Part shown: positions 1-10,211 of the stretch, piece after piece | Position numbering within the stretch: position 1 is the first letter of the stretch | How the letters are laid out: every line of letters begins with the position of its first letter | DNA from: Anthoceros angustus | Taxonomy: Eukaryota > Plantae > Anthocerotophyta | DNA length: 64,000 nucleotides | Reading direction: 5' to 3' | NCBI GenBank assembly: GCA_010909165.1 | Contig: VJWM01000254.1 | Span: 62,001 to 126,000, forward strand | The notes under the pieces: generated by a model | Database searches by the model: none | What the model was told of the DNA's origin: nothing | Seen by the model: only the letters and a program-made list of their open reading frames with translations | Made by a program: the position numbers and the translations under genes

Positions 1-515
1 CTTTTTTGTGTGTGCATTGCCCACAGTTCCGGTGCGGGCCCCATGGCCCCATTGGACCGTTGCCTTGCCCGCTGCCAACGGTCCTCCTGCTTTTCCAACC
101 TCCGTCTTTCCCTTCACTAGCAAAACAAGTGCCAACAGTCCCTGCAGCGGCGCAGTGCCCACGGTCGATACTAATACATGCAACGTAGGTATGTACAACT
201 AATGATTCGAACTTAATAGTGTAATTCAATATTGCAATCATAATTTTCACTATAATTAATTATAATTAATGTAATAATCTAATTTACTTTACGTTAATAT
301 AATCAATAGAAAAATGCATACTTTTGGCATGCTCTAGCCGCTTTGGCTTGCAACCAACATACATGTACGACCTGGAATAGGCCCTAAATCAGATACCTAA
401 GCAAGACATTCATGTATATTGTCTACTAAATCTCAGTACATATAGAAATTATTTGAAAATATAGCTATTACCAGCGTCCCGAATATCTGCCTCCTAACAT
501 CACCTTCATATATTC

Positions 516-2001
516 TCACACATTATCCTCCCTTGCGACACGAGGTAGAGTTTTTTCACTCTTTTCGGTCGTCACTTGTGGTACTCGTTGTTGATAGCAA
601 GCATGAAGCACAAGCTGTACGATACCAGAAATAACACCTAATGCATTTGGGATCTACAATAAAATGAAGAACGAAGGTAAGTGCATTAATTTACTTTGTA
701 GAAGAATATAGTAGGTGTTAATTCTTACCAACACGTAGACATCTTTTATGGCCACCGCAAAGGCTGTCCAGACCACTCCGCCCATGAACATGACAAGGGA
801 TATCCAAAAGGGCATAGGTTTCACATCGCGTGTTTGGATTACCTTTTTCTGCCAATGTCATCACAATAAATTCATCAAGCTTATCAAGTTTGTTACTTGA
901 AGAAAAAATGTTGTAAGAACATTATACAAGATATTCTAAGTTTGATGTAACATAATAAGTCGATTGATAAGATTACCACCACAACGAAAGGCGAGATGAA
1001 CATGGTACAATTGAACACCATAGCCACGAGTCCAATACTTATGGCCCTTTTGGTAGGGGGAATGTAAAATATCGTAACTAAGACCAAGCTTGCATATAGG
1101 ATTATGATTGCCAAAAAAGAAAGAAACAATTTAACCTGTAAATTTAGAGTAGAGTGTCAAAAAAATAAAATTAAATATTAATTCTAAATATGGATTTTTT
1201 TTGTTTCAAATGAGATGCCGAATCTTACTTTTAAAGGCCGCGTAGCGTAATATAAAAATAGAGAAAGCCATAATATTTCAAACCCGCAACCAATTGCATT
1301 CACGACTATAATAAACAATCCGTTAGGCTTGACTAGGGGTAGTCCGTATAAGCACCATAACAAGCAATTGAGTAGGGTAGCGATAAAAACTATTGATGAG
1401 AACTCGCCAGTAGACTGTTTCTCAACTATTTTTCGGAATGTTGGACTGCATTTATCAATTTTAACTGAATTAGGTCTTTAAAATCATGATCGTTCATTAT
1501 GAATTAAGTCTTTAAAATCATTGTCCTTGACTACAACCAAACTCAGAGGTAGTGATAACACATGCTGAAGCAAATTGGCAAAGCATTTCTAACTATCAAT
1601 AGCAAATCGTGTGAAGATGATCTATGTTAAATTTTAACACAATCAATCAAAAGAGAAGTTTTTTATGTGTACACTTACAAAGGTGAAGCGTACATAAGGA
1701 TGGCTGTTACGTTACCTGTTTGGTGCCAATGCCACACATGAGTATGATCAGATTGTATGATTGTTAAAACCTAATAGATTACCGCAAAATTCCACCTAAC
1801 AATTAACCTAATGGACAACCCTAGAATTCCATGCAACATTAACCAAATACATGATCCTAGAATTCCATCCAACAACAAACCTAAGAGATGACTCTCAAAG
1901 TCCACCCAACAATAAACCTAATAAATGACCCTAGAATCCCACTTAACAATTTTAAAGAAGGACGACTCACCCAAAATTCCAAGAATTGTGCCGGCAATCA
2001 T
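516..2001 (-). CDS. SWEET: SWEET (MtN3/saliva) sugar transporter, clade I-like, 6 exons
   Basis: Exons 1971-2001 (MIAGTILGILG), 1679-1715 (37-bp exon NVTAILMYASP), 1229-1445 (PTFRKIVEKQSTGEFSS...LLNCLLWCLYGLP...VNAIG), 977-1135, 729-848 (KKVIQTRDVKPMPFWIS) and 516-653 (IPNALG...stop). All introns are GT-AG and in frame; this is the canonical SWEET exon layout. Confidence 0.92.
1788..1950. repeat. Degenerate ~36-37 bp minisatellite (about 4.5 copies) in SWEET intron 1
   Basis: Units of the form AATTCCAYYYAACAATWAACCTAA...TGACCCTAG start at 1788, 1825, 1861, 1898 and 1935. Confidence 0.6.
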
Positions 2002-2408
2002 CTTGTGAGATGAGAAATGATAGTTATTTAATAGTTAAAAAAATTATGATAGTAAAATTTTAAATCTGTGAATTTCACAATCCAATTAAAAATTACCAAC
2101 GGCCTTCAATAAATGAAGCCAAAGATGAAATATATAGCATATTAATCCCTTCAAGTGCAGGGTAACTCGAATAAAAAATGCCAAGGATCAAACATACAAT
2201 TGTTTTAAAGATTAGTAGAGCACTTGGAAGGGATGTCAAAGACCGGACATATAGTAATTGCTAACAGTGTGAGAACATGAAGACTTTATATATATGCAGA
2301 GATGGGAGGTCCCATCTTCTTCGAGGTATGAGAACAACTCTCTAGCGGGCCCCATGCCAAGGGGAGAGCACATATATAATAATTGCTTATAATTGCTTCT
2401 TATATGAA

Positions 2409-2494
2409 TTGATAGCCAAGCAAGCTGTGTTGGTAGCCATGTATGACGTTATTGATAACCAAGCAAGGTGTGTTGGTAGCGGAGTATGACGTCA
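2409..2494. repeat. 43-bp tandem duplication upstream of SWEET, each copy with TGACGT
   Basis: ttgatagccaagcaagctgtgttggtagccatgtatgacgtta (2409-2451) vs ttgataaccaagcaaggtgtgttggtagcggagtatgacgtca (2452-2494). Confidence 0.8.
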
Positions 2495-2559
2495 ATGTGT
2501 ATGGTGTCTTAAGGTATAGAATTAGATGCTTTTTAAATATATGAAAATCACTCACCCAC

Positions 2560-4400
2560 CCACCCAGAACCACAGCATCTAACCATGCGTGGCAGGATAT
2601 TTTGGGTGGTTGGAACTGAGGAAGCGTGAAGTCCAGAATCCCATGCTTCAAATCACGTTTTCCCTCATCGGCACAGCAGTCTCATCCTTCTCAAAAAAGG
2701 GACTGAATTCCAATGGGATAAAACTCGGATTTACACTTTTCGCACGAAGAAACTTCGTTTCACAGAAAGGCATCGAGTTTTCTCACGAATTCCGCATGCG
2801 CATTGCACACCACGAGGTGTATGGTTCGTCCCAGCTCTGATTCCCCTACTCAGTTGCAGCAAGATGCTCAGACTCATCACACTTTGAGCACTCTCGTGGC
2901 ACCCGCTGGCTATGGGGAACCTGAGTTTGACTCATGACACCAAGGGTAGCCCACAGGTACCTAGGTGTAGAGGCAACCAAATGCTCTCGAAAGGAGTTAT
3001 TCCGCTACAGGCAAGAAGCAACGTTATGCACATAAACTGCTCTTCACGAGGAAATCGGTGGCCAGAAAATTGAGATGCAGAAAATAAACCAAATCGTCTC
3101 AGCATTAAAACTTACACACCACAACATCCTGCCCAACTCTGGCATTTCCACTGGGCAGTGCCTGAGTGAGCAAAACTGGACAGGATCCAAACCGAAGACG
3201 ATAATCCATCAAACAACCTCAGGACTAAAACCGCCTCAGAAACAAATTTGTAAGACTGCCGTTCACATAGCCTAGCGAAGCATTGCCTGAATATGCCTGC
3301 AAGTCCCTGTTTGTGCTTCGCTTCCGGAAGCAACATGCAGAGTATGCGTCAGGTTGCTCATCGTCTCGCACCGTCACACCTGCGAAAAACCTAGCAGCGG
3401 CACAGAGCCACCGATGCCCGAAAGTAGAGTCATTACGATTGTGAGAAGCTGCTAGGTCTAGCCGCCCACGACTGGTTTGAGCTTGCCCTAATTGCCTCTC
3501 AGTCACCGAATTGGGAGGAAGCTCGGTGTGCTAATCGGCGGGTGTGCTAGCGATCAAGCCAGCCAGCGATCGTGCATTCGGCGACCTAGTGAGCGTGCAT
3601 CCAGCAAGCCATCTCCAGCAATGTTTCTCGGAGGCATTCCCCGGCGGCCCGACAAGGCGGCGGCGCACCAGCAGCTACGTCAGCATCTGGCTGTGGTCGG
3701 GATATGGTTGTTGGCCATTCGCGCCACGCCCTATGTGCTACACTTCGTGCTGCGTGAACCAGAGGAGCTCAAGCTGGATTTGTGAAGTACTGCGACAATC
3801 CCTGCTGGCCGTGTGAGGCAACAGCAGATGCAGATGCGTGCTGGAGGTCCTCGTGCCGAGCAATGAGTTGAGCCTACGGGTTTTCAGAATGGGGTGCACG
3901 GCCTCTTCCAGGTGCCACTCTGTTGAGCATCTTGTCGGGCAAAGGACTCTGGTAGAGTAGGTGTCCCGAACTTTGATGAATTCTGGTGTTATCTCCTACT
4001 GTTGTAGTCTCAATTCGGACATCAAGTGCACTGCTATGTGAGCACTCGTGTTTTGTTCTGGTTGTGGATCTCCCAACATGGCAAGCAGCCTACGATGTTA
4101 ACCTAAACCTCTATTGTCCATGGCGTGTGCACGGTGCAGCCGAGGCTGCCTGGGCCATGCAGATCAGGTTGCGGGATTGCGCTAATGTAGGAATGGCCTT
4201 CGCCTTTGCAAGGCACGCGGAACATACAGCCGTCACAAATCGTGTCTCGGTAGTTCTTAATGTATTCCGACAGGTGAGTCCGGGCTCGGTTGGTACCTAC
4301 ACGCAATGTGTGTGTTTTCATGCCTGTATGCCCAAGTTCTCTTTTGGACAAACGTGCAAAGAATTCCCACTTCCTACTCTCACGGTGAACTTTCCTGTCG
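2560..4400 (-). pseudogene. Heavily decayed PPR (PLS-class)-like relic
   Basis: Broken minus-strand frames give PPR-like fragments (FVTAVCSACLAKAKAI, CTRHGQ, AACHVG, LLDARSLGRRMHDRW, SRGRLDLAA, VCNAHAEFVRK, KHGI). There are many stops and frameshifts; the similarity is by eye only. Confidence 0.3.
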
Positions 4401-4469
4401 ACTCCATTTCCTTTCTGATCTTGGTTTACTGTATACAACATGCATAGACAGTGGAAGACAAAAGGCCAA

Positions 4470-4577
4470 GAAAGGGGTAATGTGCCCACAATTTTGCATC
4501 TGAGCTCTGGTCGCAACTATACGCATGATGGCCAACAACCCGGCTACAACGAGCAGGACTGCCTGGAACAAGACCAT
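4470..4577 (-). pseudogene. 5' fragment of a P450 paralog (membrane anchor plus frameshifted proline-rich hinge)
   Basis: AVLLVVAGLLAIMRI matches LVLLVVVGLLAIVPI of the neighbouring P450, with mainly third-position differences. It is followed in another frame by LPLSWPFV (cf. LPPGPPAWPVI), after which similarity is lost. Confidence 0.5.
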
Positions 4578-5053
4578 GATCCAACGCAGCCTCTGTTTCT
4601 CGAAAGGTGAAGGTTGTGAGCTGCGATTCTGTAGACCAAGTTTGGTCTTAAAAGAAGACTGTTCAGAGCACACAGATTACTAGTTGCTTGTCTACTGTCC
4701 AGAGCACGCAGATTACAAACGCACTATGCAGTACCTGTTGCGCTGTTTACAGATGTTATTCTTGCTTGGTGACCATTTTGACAACCACGGTGTAGGCAAG
4801 GACATTGCAAATATGGAAAGGTGTAATAGATTTACTTAGGAGAAACAACCGGGTGGGTGCCAGACCCGGCAACCCCAGTCCACCACGGCTTATATGCCTT
4901 TTTGGCTAGCGGCCTAGAGAGGGGAATGGGAAGGAAGTGGCTGGAGAGGGAGGGAGAGCAGGGGCCCAAATGAAGGAATTTAAAGTGACAGAAAGAAGCA
5001 TCCCTTGGTCACTATGTCACATGTACAGAAAAATGGAAAAGAATCATTGTACA

Positions 5054-7062
5054 CTAGTAGACATGGAGCGGCAAGCGAGGGGTTGGGACTGCTTTAAGGG
5101 GACACTTCATTGGGACAGAGAGGCCATATTCTTCGGACATGTCTAGGTCGTCTGGTTTTTGTCCTTGTGGAAGGCACCAGTCGAAGCTGTGGACCAGCTT
5201 AGCAAGGAAGACGATGGATACAGTCATGCCCTGAGAGATGGCAGGGCAGATCCTTCTGCCACTTCCAAAAGGGAGTATGTCGAAGTTTTGTCCTTTGACA
5301 TCAATGTCTCTGTGCAGAGTGGCAACAAGCAGCTGAAATCAGATGGGTACAGAACATCAAAATTTTCTCTAGATTAGTAGACAGACTGTGAGGCTTCAGC
5401 TGTAGACCAACTAGACATACTGACCTTTCTATGAATCTCTCTGGCCGGAACTCGAGAGGACTATCCCAAGCTTCTGAGCTTCTCTGAATGTTCCACGTGC
5501 TGACGAGGATAGTGGTATTGGCAGGAATGTCGTATTCCCCGAGTGTGCAGTCTTGGGTGGAGTAATGTGGGATAAGGAAGGGATTGACGGGATGAAGTCG
5601 CAGAGCCTCCTTCAAAACAGCTTGGAGGTAGGGAAGACTAGCTACATCTGACTCCTGCAATTGCCGATCCCTCCCGACAACCGAGTCCATCTCTTGCTGT
5701 GCCTTCTTCAACATATGCGGGTTCCGGAGCAGTTCTGCAAAAGCCCATTCTGCTGCCACGACAGAGGTGTCAAGTCCAGCAAGCAACATATCCTGAGACA
5801 GTGAGCACAAAGACGATTGCAGAGTCAGATACAACGTTCGTGTGGTGTAACCTGTTCACATAGAAAGATGCTCAGAGGATCGTTAGGATGAAATCAAGCA
5901 TAAACGTAACCAGGCTTCCATGTACCATGAGCATTCCTTTCATGGCCAGATCTTTGTCGACGCCTTTTTCCCCCGGGAGAGCCAGCAGCACATCAACGAA
6001 ATCATGCGGTGACCAATTGCTGGTTTGTTTCATTTGCTGTCTTCGTTTGTTAATGATCGTGGATAGGAGGGAGCTCATTCGGTTTCGGAGCTTGCGCATG
6101 GCTCTGATGCTGAATGCGTCCAGAAATCCCAGGAAAGGAATGCTGTCCCCTAGAACCGGACTTCCCAGCAGCCGGATGGTTTCACGAAGCACCGAAATGT
6201 ACTCGGCTGCCTCCTGCGGATCCACCTGCGTACCGTTGATGTGCACCACAAAAACATTCTCTCAGTCGCGGAAACAAGAAATGGACTCGTTTGTCCACAA
6301 TTTAGTTGGAGCAAGATCGAAGAGAGAAACTCTGGAGCTCACCAGATCAGATCTCTCCCCGACCTGTTCTCCAGTCTCAAATGTACAAAAGCGCTTGCTC
6401 ATCAGCATCTGGGTCATGTTGTTCATTGTTACAGAATTTCCCAAGCCGTGGATGTCGACCGGTCCCGGAATCTTATGCAAGACAAATCTCATTGCAGCAG
6501 CCAGTTCCTCGTCTCTGAATTGCTCAAATCGTTCAAGTCTCTTGGGCGTCAACAGCTCCGTCACCATGATCTTCCTGACAAGGCAATCGAACGATGTGCT
6601 ACATAGCACGTTACCAGTACAGCAGGGTTGCAAAACAACGTTAACGGACATCAATCAGGCCCACCTCACGTACTGGTGCCTGGATCCGAGGGCCTGAAAT
6701 GCGCATGTTCCTTCCTGGAAAACCAGATTTTGGTAGGCTGCAAGGGGAGCCCGAGATGCGAAACTGCCGTCCTGCACCTTCAGCACCTCTCTGGCCATGT
6801 CCCCGGACGAAATGACGACAGCCAGGTTTACGCCCAGGCGGATGGACATGACAGGACCGTGCTCCTTGGCCAGCTCCTCTAGAAGAACGTGCGGCCTGGC
6901 ACTTGCGAAAATGGAGAGGTTCCCTATCACTGGCCATGCTGGCGGGCCTGGAGGAAGCCGCAGCTTCCTTGTGCTGCTTGACCGTTTTCCGAGCTGGTAG
7001 GCAATGGGCACGATTGCCAGCAAACCCACCACAACAAGCAGGACTAGATGAATCGAATCCAT
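5054..7062 (-). CDS. Cytochrome P450, CYP71 clan (A-type), 5 exons
   Basis: Exons 6665-7062, 6343-6574, 5926-6225, 5425-5792 and 5054-5309. The N-terminal anchor, LPPGPPAWP, I-helix AGLDT, EALR, PERF and heme motif FGSGRRICPA are all intact. Confidence 0.93.
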
Positions 7063-7399
7063 GAGGCAACAGCCTCGTGCTCCTCAACACTACCTAGCAA
7101 TTAAACAGCAATTTAAGCAGAACTACTCTCGGCTGAATCAGAATTCTGAACTTGCAAGTTGCAAGTGCTGCCGAGTCTGCAGTCTCTCCGGAGTCTGGAA
7201 CCAGCTCTGTGACATCCCTGAGGCCATGGAACGTATTGAACGATATGGCCCGAAATATCTCGGTCATTCTGAGGTCAAAGAAAGGAGGAAAAACTTCGAT
7301 CGAATTCATGGAACCAGACATCAAATTCTTGCGTCCAGAGCACGCACCTCATTAGTATCTGTTGTGTATAGTACAGATAGTGAGAGAAAGAATGGTGCT

Positions 7400-7591
7400 T
7401 TGAGGGTGACACGTCGCTGGAACAGCCAGTCCAACGAAGTGGCAGACATGTCTAGGTCTTCTGGTTTTTGTCCTTGTGGAAGGCACTGCAGTCGAAGGTG
7501 TGGACCAGCTTAGCAAGGAGGAAGCTGGAAGCAGTGATGCCCAGAGTGGTGGCAGGGAGTAGGTCGAAGTTTTGTCCTTTGGCATCACTCT
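7400..7591 (-). pseudogene. Orphan copy of the P450 terminal exon with the heme motif deleted
   Basis: Near-collinear with 5130-5309 (KGQNFDLLP...LAKLVHTFD). It has a 27-bp deletion of FGSGRRICP and a 2-bp insertion frameshift, and no upstream exons were found. Confidence 0.85.
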
Positions 7592-8531
7592 CTGTGCAGG
7601 ATGAACTGCAGTGGAACACAAGGCGCGAGAAACGAACAAGATGGACGGGTGTTCCTGTGCCCAACACACCAACCCGTCATGTGAATGTGGTAAAGAAAAA
7701 TGTTATTACTCAACGAGTAAATAAAGGTTTTCAAGAACAACCAATGGACAGCCCTAAGTCCGCTATGGACGAATGCGAACAACACTAGAACAACTGCCTT
7801 TTATGCTTCGTAGACTTGTGCCTTCCTCTTCCTCAACAACTACAACGTGTGACGAAAACTCGAAAACAGTTTCACCCTTTTTGGTAGACAAAGCTAAGAT
7901 CTTGTTTGATGTGAAAAGGATATGGAGCATGTAAGGTTAGTGTGATGCTCAGCCTCTTGTTCCAGTTACTCACAAGGAAACAACTAGTGTGTCACTTTTT
8001 ATGCACTCGTTCATTCAACAATCATATTGGCATGGATTTATAAACTTGTCCAACAATCTAAAAAAGAGATGGTAGTGTGGAGGACATCTACCGTTCAACT
8101 ATCGTCCAAAGTCAGTAGCAAGTTTATTCCACATTCAAAACATCGAGTACAATACAAATGGATACATCCATTGGTTAGCCTTGAGTAATCTCACTTCAAT
8201 TATTCTTGACTTTTTTTTCAAAGATCCTATTTGTTTCACCATTATGGGCAGATCGTCAAGCACACATGGATACCAAAGCTCTAAATACGATTATTACTTG
8301 TCAAAAACCCTCACGTGATAATAGAGGCCAAATATGCAACCTACAAATAGCAGAGTTCCTACGAATAGCGTTCTCCTGACAGCCGGCTGTTGTTTTCTAA
8401 TGCTTTCTTGTACTGATTAACGAATTTATTACCGCTAAAAAACGTTCCTACAAATAGGAAATGACCTACAAGTGCAAAGAACTTAAAAGCAGGAGGACAC
8501 TCGACACAGAAAGACTATTGGAGGTGTGGCG

Positions 8532-10211
8532 ATGAAGACCGTGGTAGGCATTCATTTCGGTGCTGAATTTTGCACCCTTGCTTACAGCATGGGGTTCAGG
8601 GACGCAATCTTCGACATGTCCGAAGACTTTTCAATGACAAAAGAAGAAAATCTTAGATTTCCCACCAGTCTGTATTACGGTAAGGAGAATGACATGCCTT
8701 CACTGTACAAGCTTAGGTGTTGGGGTTGGGAGGCGGAGTGGCGTTATGAAATGGACCTGGATTGCCAATCGGAAGCACGGAAGGCCAGTAAGGGCGTGTA
8801 TATGAACAGATTCAGGGAATACCTTGGCTTTGGCAACGTGCCTTCCCAAGGCTGGTGGCAGGGGAAACAGAAATCTACAACTCCAAGCTTGATTAACATT
8901 TCTGCAGATATGATCGCAGCTATTACCACCGCCTTTTTCAGGAAGCTCTCTAGCTTTGTCGTTGCAACTCTGAAGGAGAAGTATGGAAGTAACTTCACGA
9001 CGAGGGATATCCACTGGTGCCTCACTGTACCAAGCATTTGGGACGGTTCTGCACTCCAGAACCTACGCGAATGCGTGGAGAGAGCGGGCATGGTGACGGG
9101 CCCCTTTTGCCCACCACAAGCTGCAGCTGAAGCAAGTACTCATCCTCTGCTTCTCGTTCTAGAGTGGGAAGCGGCAGCATTGGATTGTTGTAGAGGAGTC
9201 AGAGCTGTGGAGGAAGGATCTAAGGTTTTAGTGGTAGATGTGCGGAGTGTGACTACGAACATCGCCATTTTAGAGGAGTGTGAAAGGGGCTTCATTCTTG
9301 TGGAGGGATGCTCTGCTGAGGGCTCTTATTCTTTCAATGATGTCAATGAGACGTTTTACAAGATGATGCAAGCGAAGATTGGTGAGCGCTTCGATCAGCT
9401 TATGCAGCAGAGGCGGAGCGTCAGGAGTCGGGTGCAGGTGGTATGGGAAGCTCTTTATGCTGGCTACTACGGGAAGCAAGACACGGTCTACTTGAAGTTG
9501 CCTGCACGTCTGAGCGATTTATTTTATGGGGCAAGGAACGTCGAGAGAATCGATGTCAACCTGAAGCAGGTATTCGAACCACTGGCAGATGATCTGATCC
9601 GACTGATCAAAGGGCAATTAAGCCCCGACGTGAGGGGACTGTTCCTGATGAGTGAAATCCCGATTCCGCCTTACCTGGGGCTGAAGATAAGAGAAACCTT
9701 CGGAAGCAGGTTTGGTGACAGCATCCGGATCCCGCCCAATCCCAGCAGAACAATGTGCCGAGGAGCTGTGATGTTCGGGCTGTCACCTGCCTTGCAAGTG
9801 TCCCGTAGAACCTACGAGTTGGAGAGGCAACGAGTTGGAGCTCCAATCCGTTCCCTCTATCCTAAGCTCGATGACACTTCTAACGAAGCTCGGCCGAATG
9901 CTAGTGAGGCAGGGCTCACGAATGAACTCAACAGCGCTCCGCCAGTTCTTGCGGACGAAGGGGAGTCTCCGCCAGTTCCTGAGGATGAAGGAGAGTCTCC
10001 GACAGTTCTTGAGGATGAAGGGGAGTCTCCGCCTGTTCCTGAGGATGAAGGGCCGTCTCCGCCAGTTCCTGAAGATGGTCGGACTCCCCTTCAGAAGGTT
10101 CGGGAGCACTTATCTGAGTTTGTAGGAAAATGCAAGTCTTGTCTCGCAGTAGTATCAACATGGCTATCCAAGCTGCGCATAGTATTGGGGAAGCATGAGA
10201 AGACCTTGTAG
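8532..10211 (+). CDS. Intronless Hsp70/actin-fold protein of the HSPA12-like type with degenerate ATP-binding motifs
   Basis: ~560-aa open frame with VVGIHFG, PTSLYY, WGWEA, HWCLTVPSIW, LEWEAAA, VLVVD and PPYL at the positions of HSPA12-family motifs. It ends in a C-terminal Pro/acidic repeat. Confidence 0.75.
   Translation: MKTVVGIHFGAEFCTLAYSMGFRDAIFDMSEDFSMTKEENLRFPTSLYYGKENDMPSLYKLRCWGWEAEWRYEMDLDCQSEARKASKGVYMNRFREYLGFGNVPSQGWWQGKQKSTTPSLINISADMIAAITTAFFRKLSSFVVATLKEKYGSNFTTRDIHWCLTVPSIWDGSALQNLRECVERAGMVTGPFCPPQAAAEASTHPLLLVLEWEAAALDCCRGVRAVEEGSKVLVVDVRSVTTNIAILEECERGFILVEGCSAEGSYSFNDVNETFYKMMQAKIGERFDQLMQQRRSVRSRVQVVWEALYAGYYGKQDTVYLKLPARLSDLFYGARNVERIDVNLKQVFEPLADDLIRLIKGQLSPDVRGLFLMSEIPIPPYLGLKIRETFGSRFGDSIRIPPNPSRTMCRGAVMFGLSPALQVSRRTYELERQRVGAPIRSLYPKLDDTSNEARPNASEAGLTNELNSAPPVLADEGESPPVPEDEGESPTVLEDEGESPPVPEDEGPSPPVPEDGRTPLQKVREHLSEFVGKCKSCLAVVSTWLSKLRIVLGKHEKTL
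9939..10088 (+). repeat. 30-bp coding tandem repeat x5 (PPVPEDEGES)
   Basis: Five in-frame units of the form CCGCCAGTTCYTGAGGATGAAGGRGAGTCT. Confidence 0.95.

Noticed and set aside
5888-6697. 269-aa + strand ORF opposite the P450
   Set aside because: Antisense shadow spanning P450 exons and introns.
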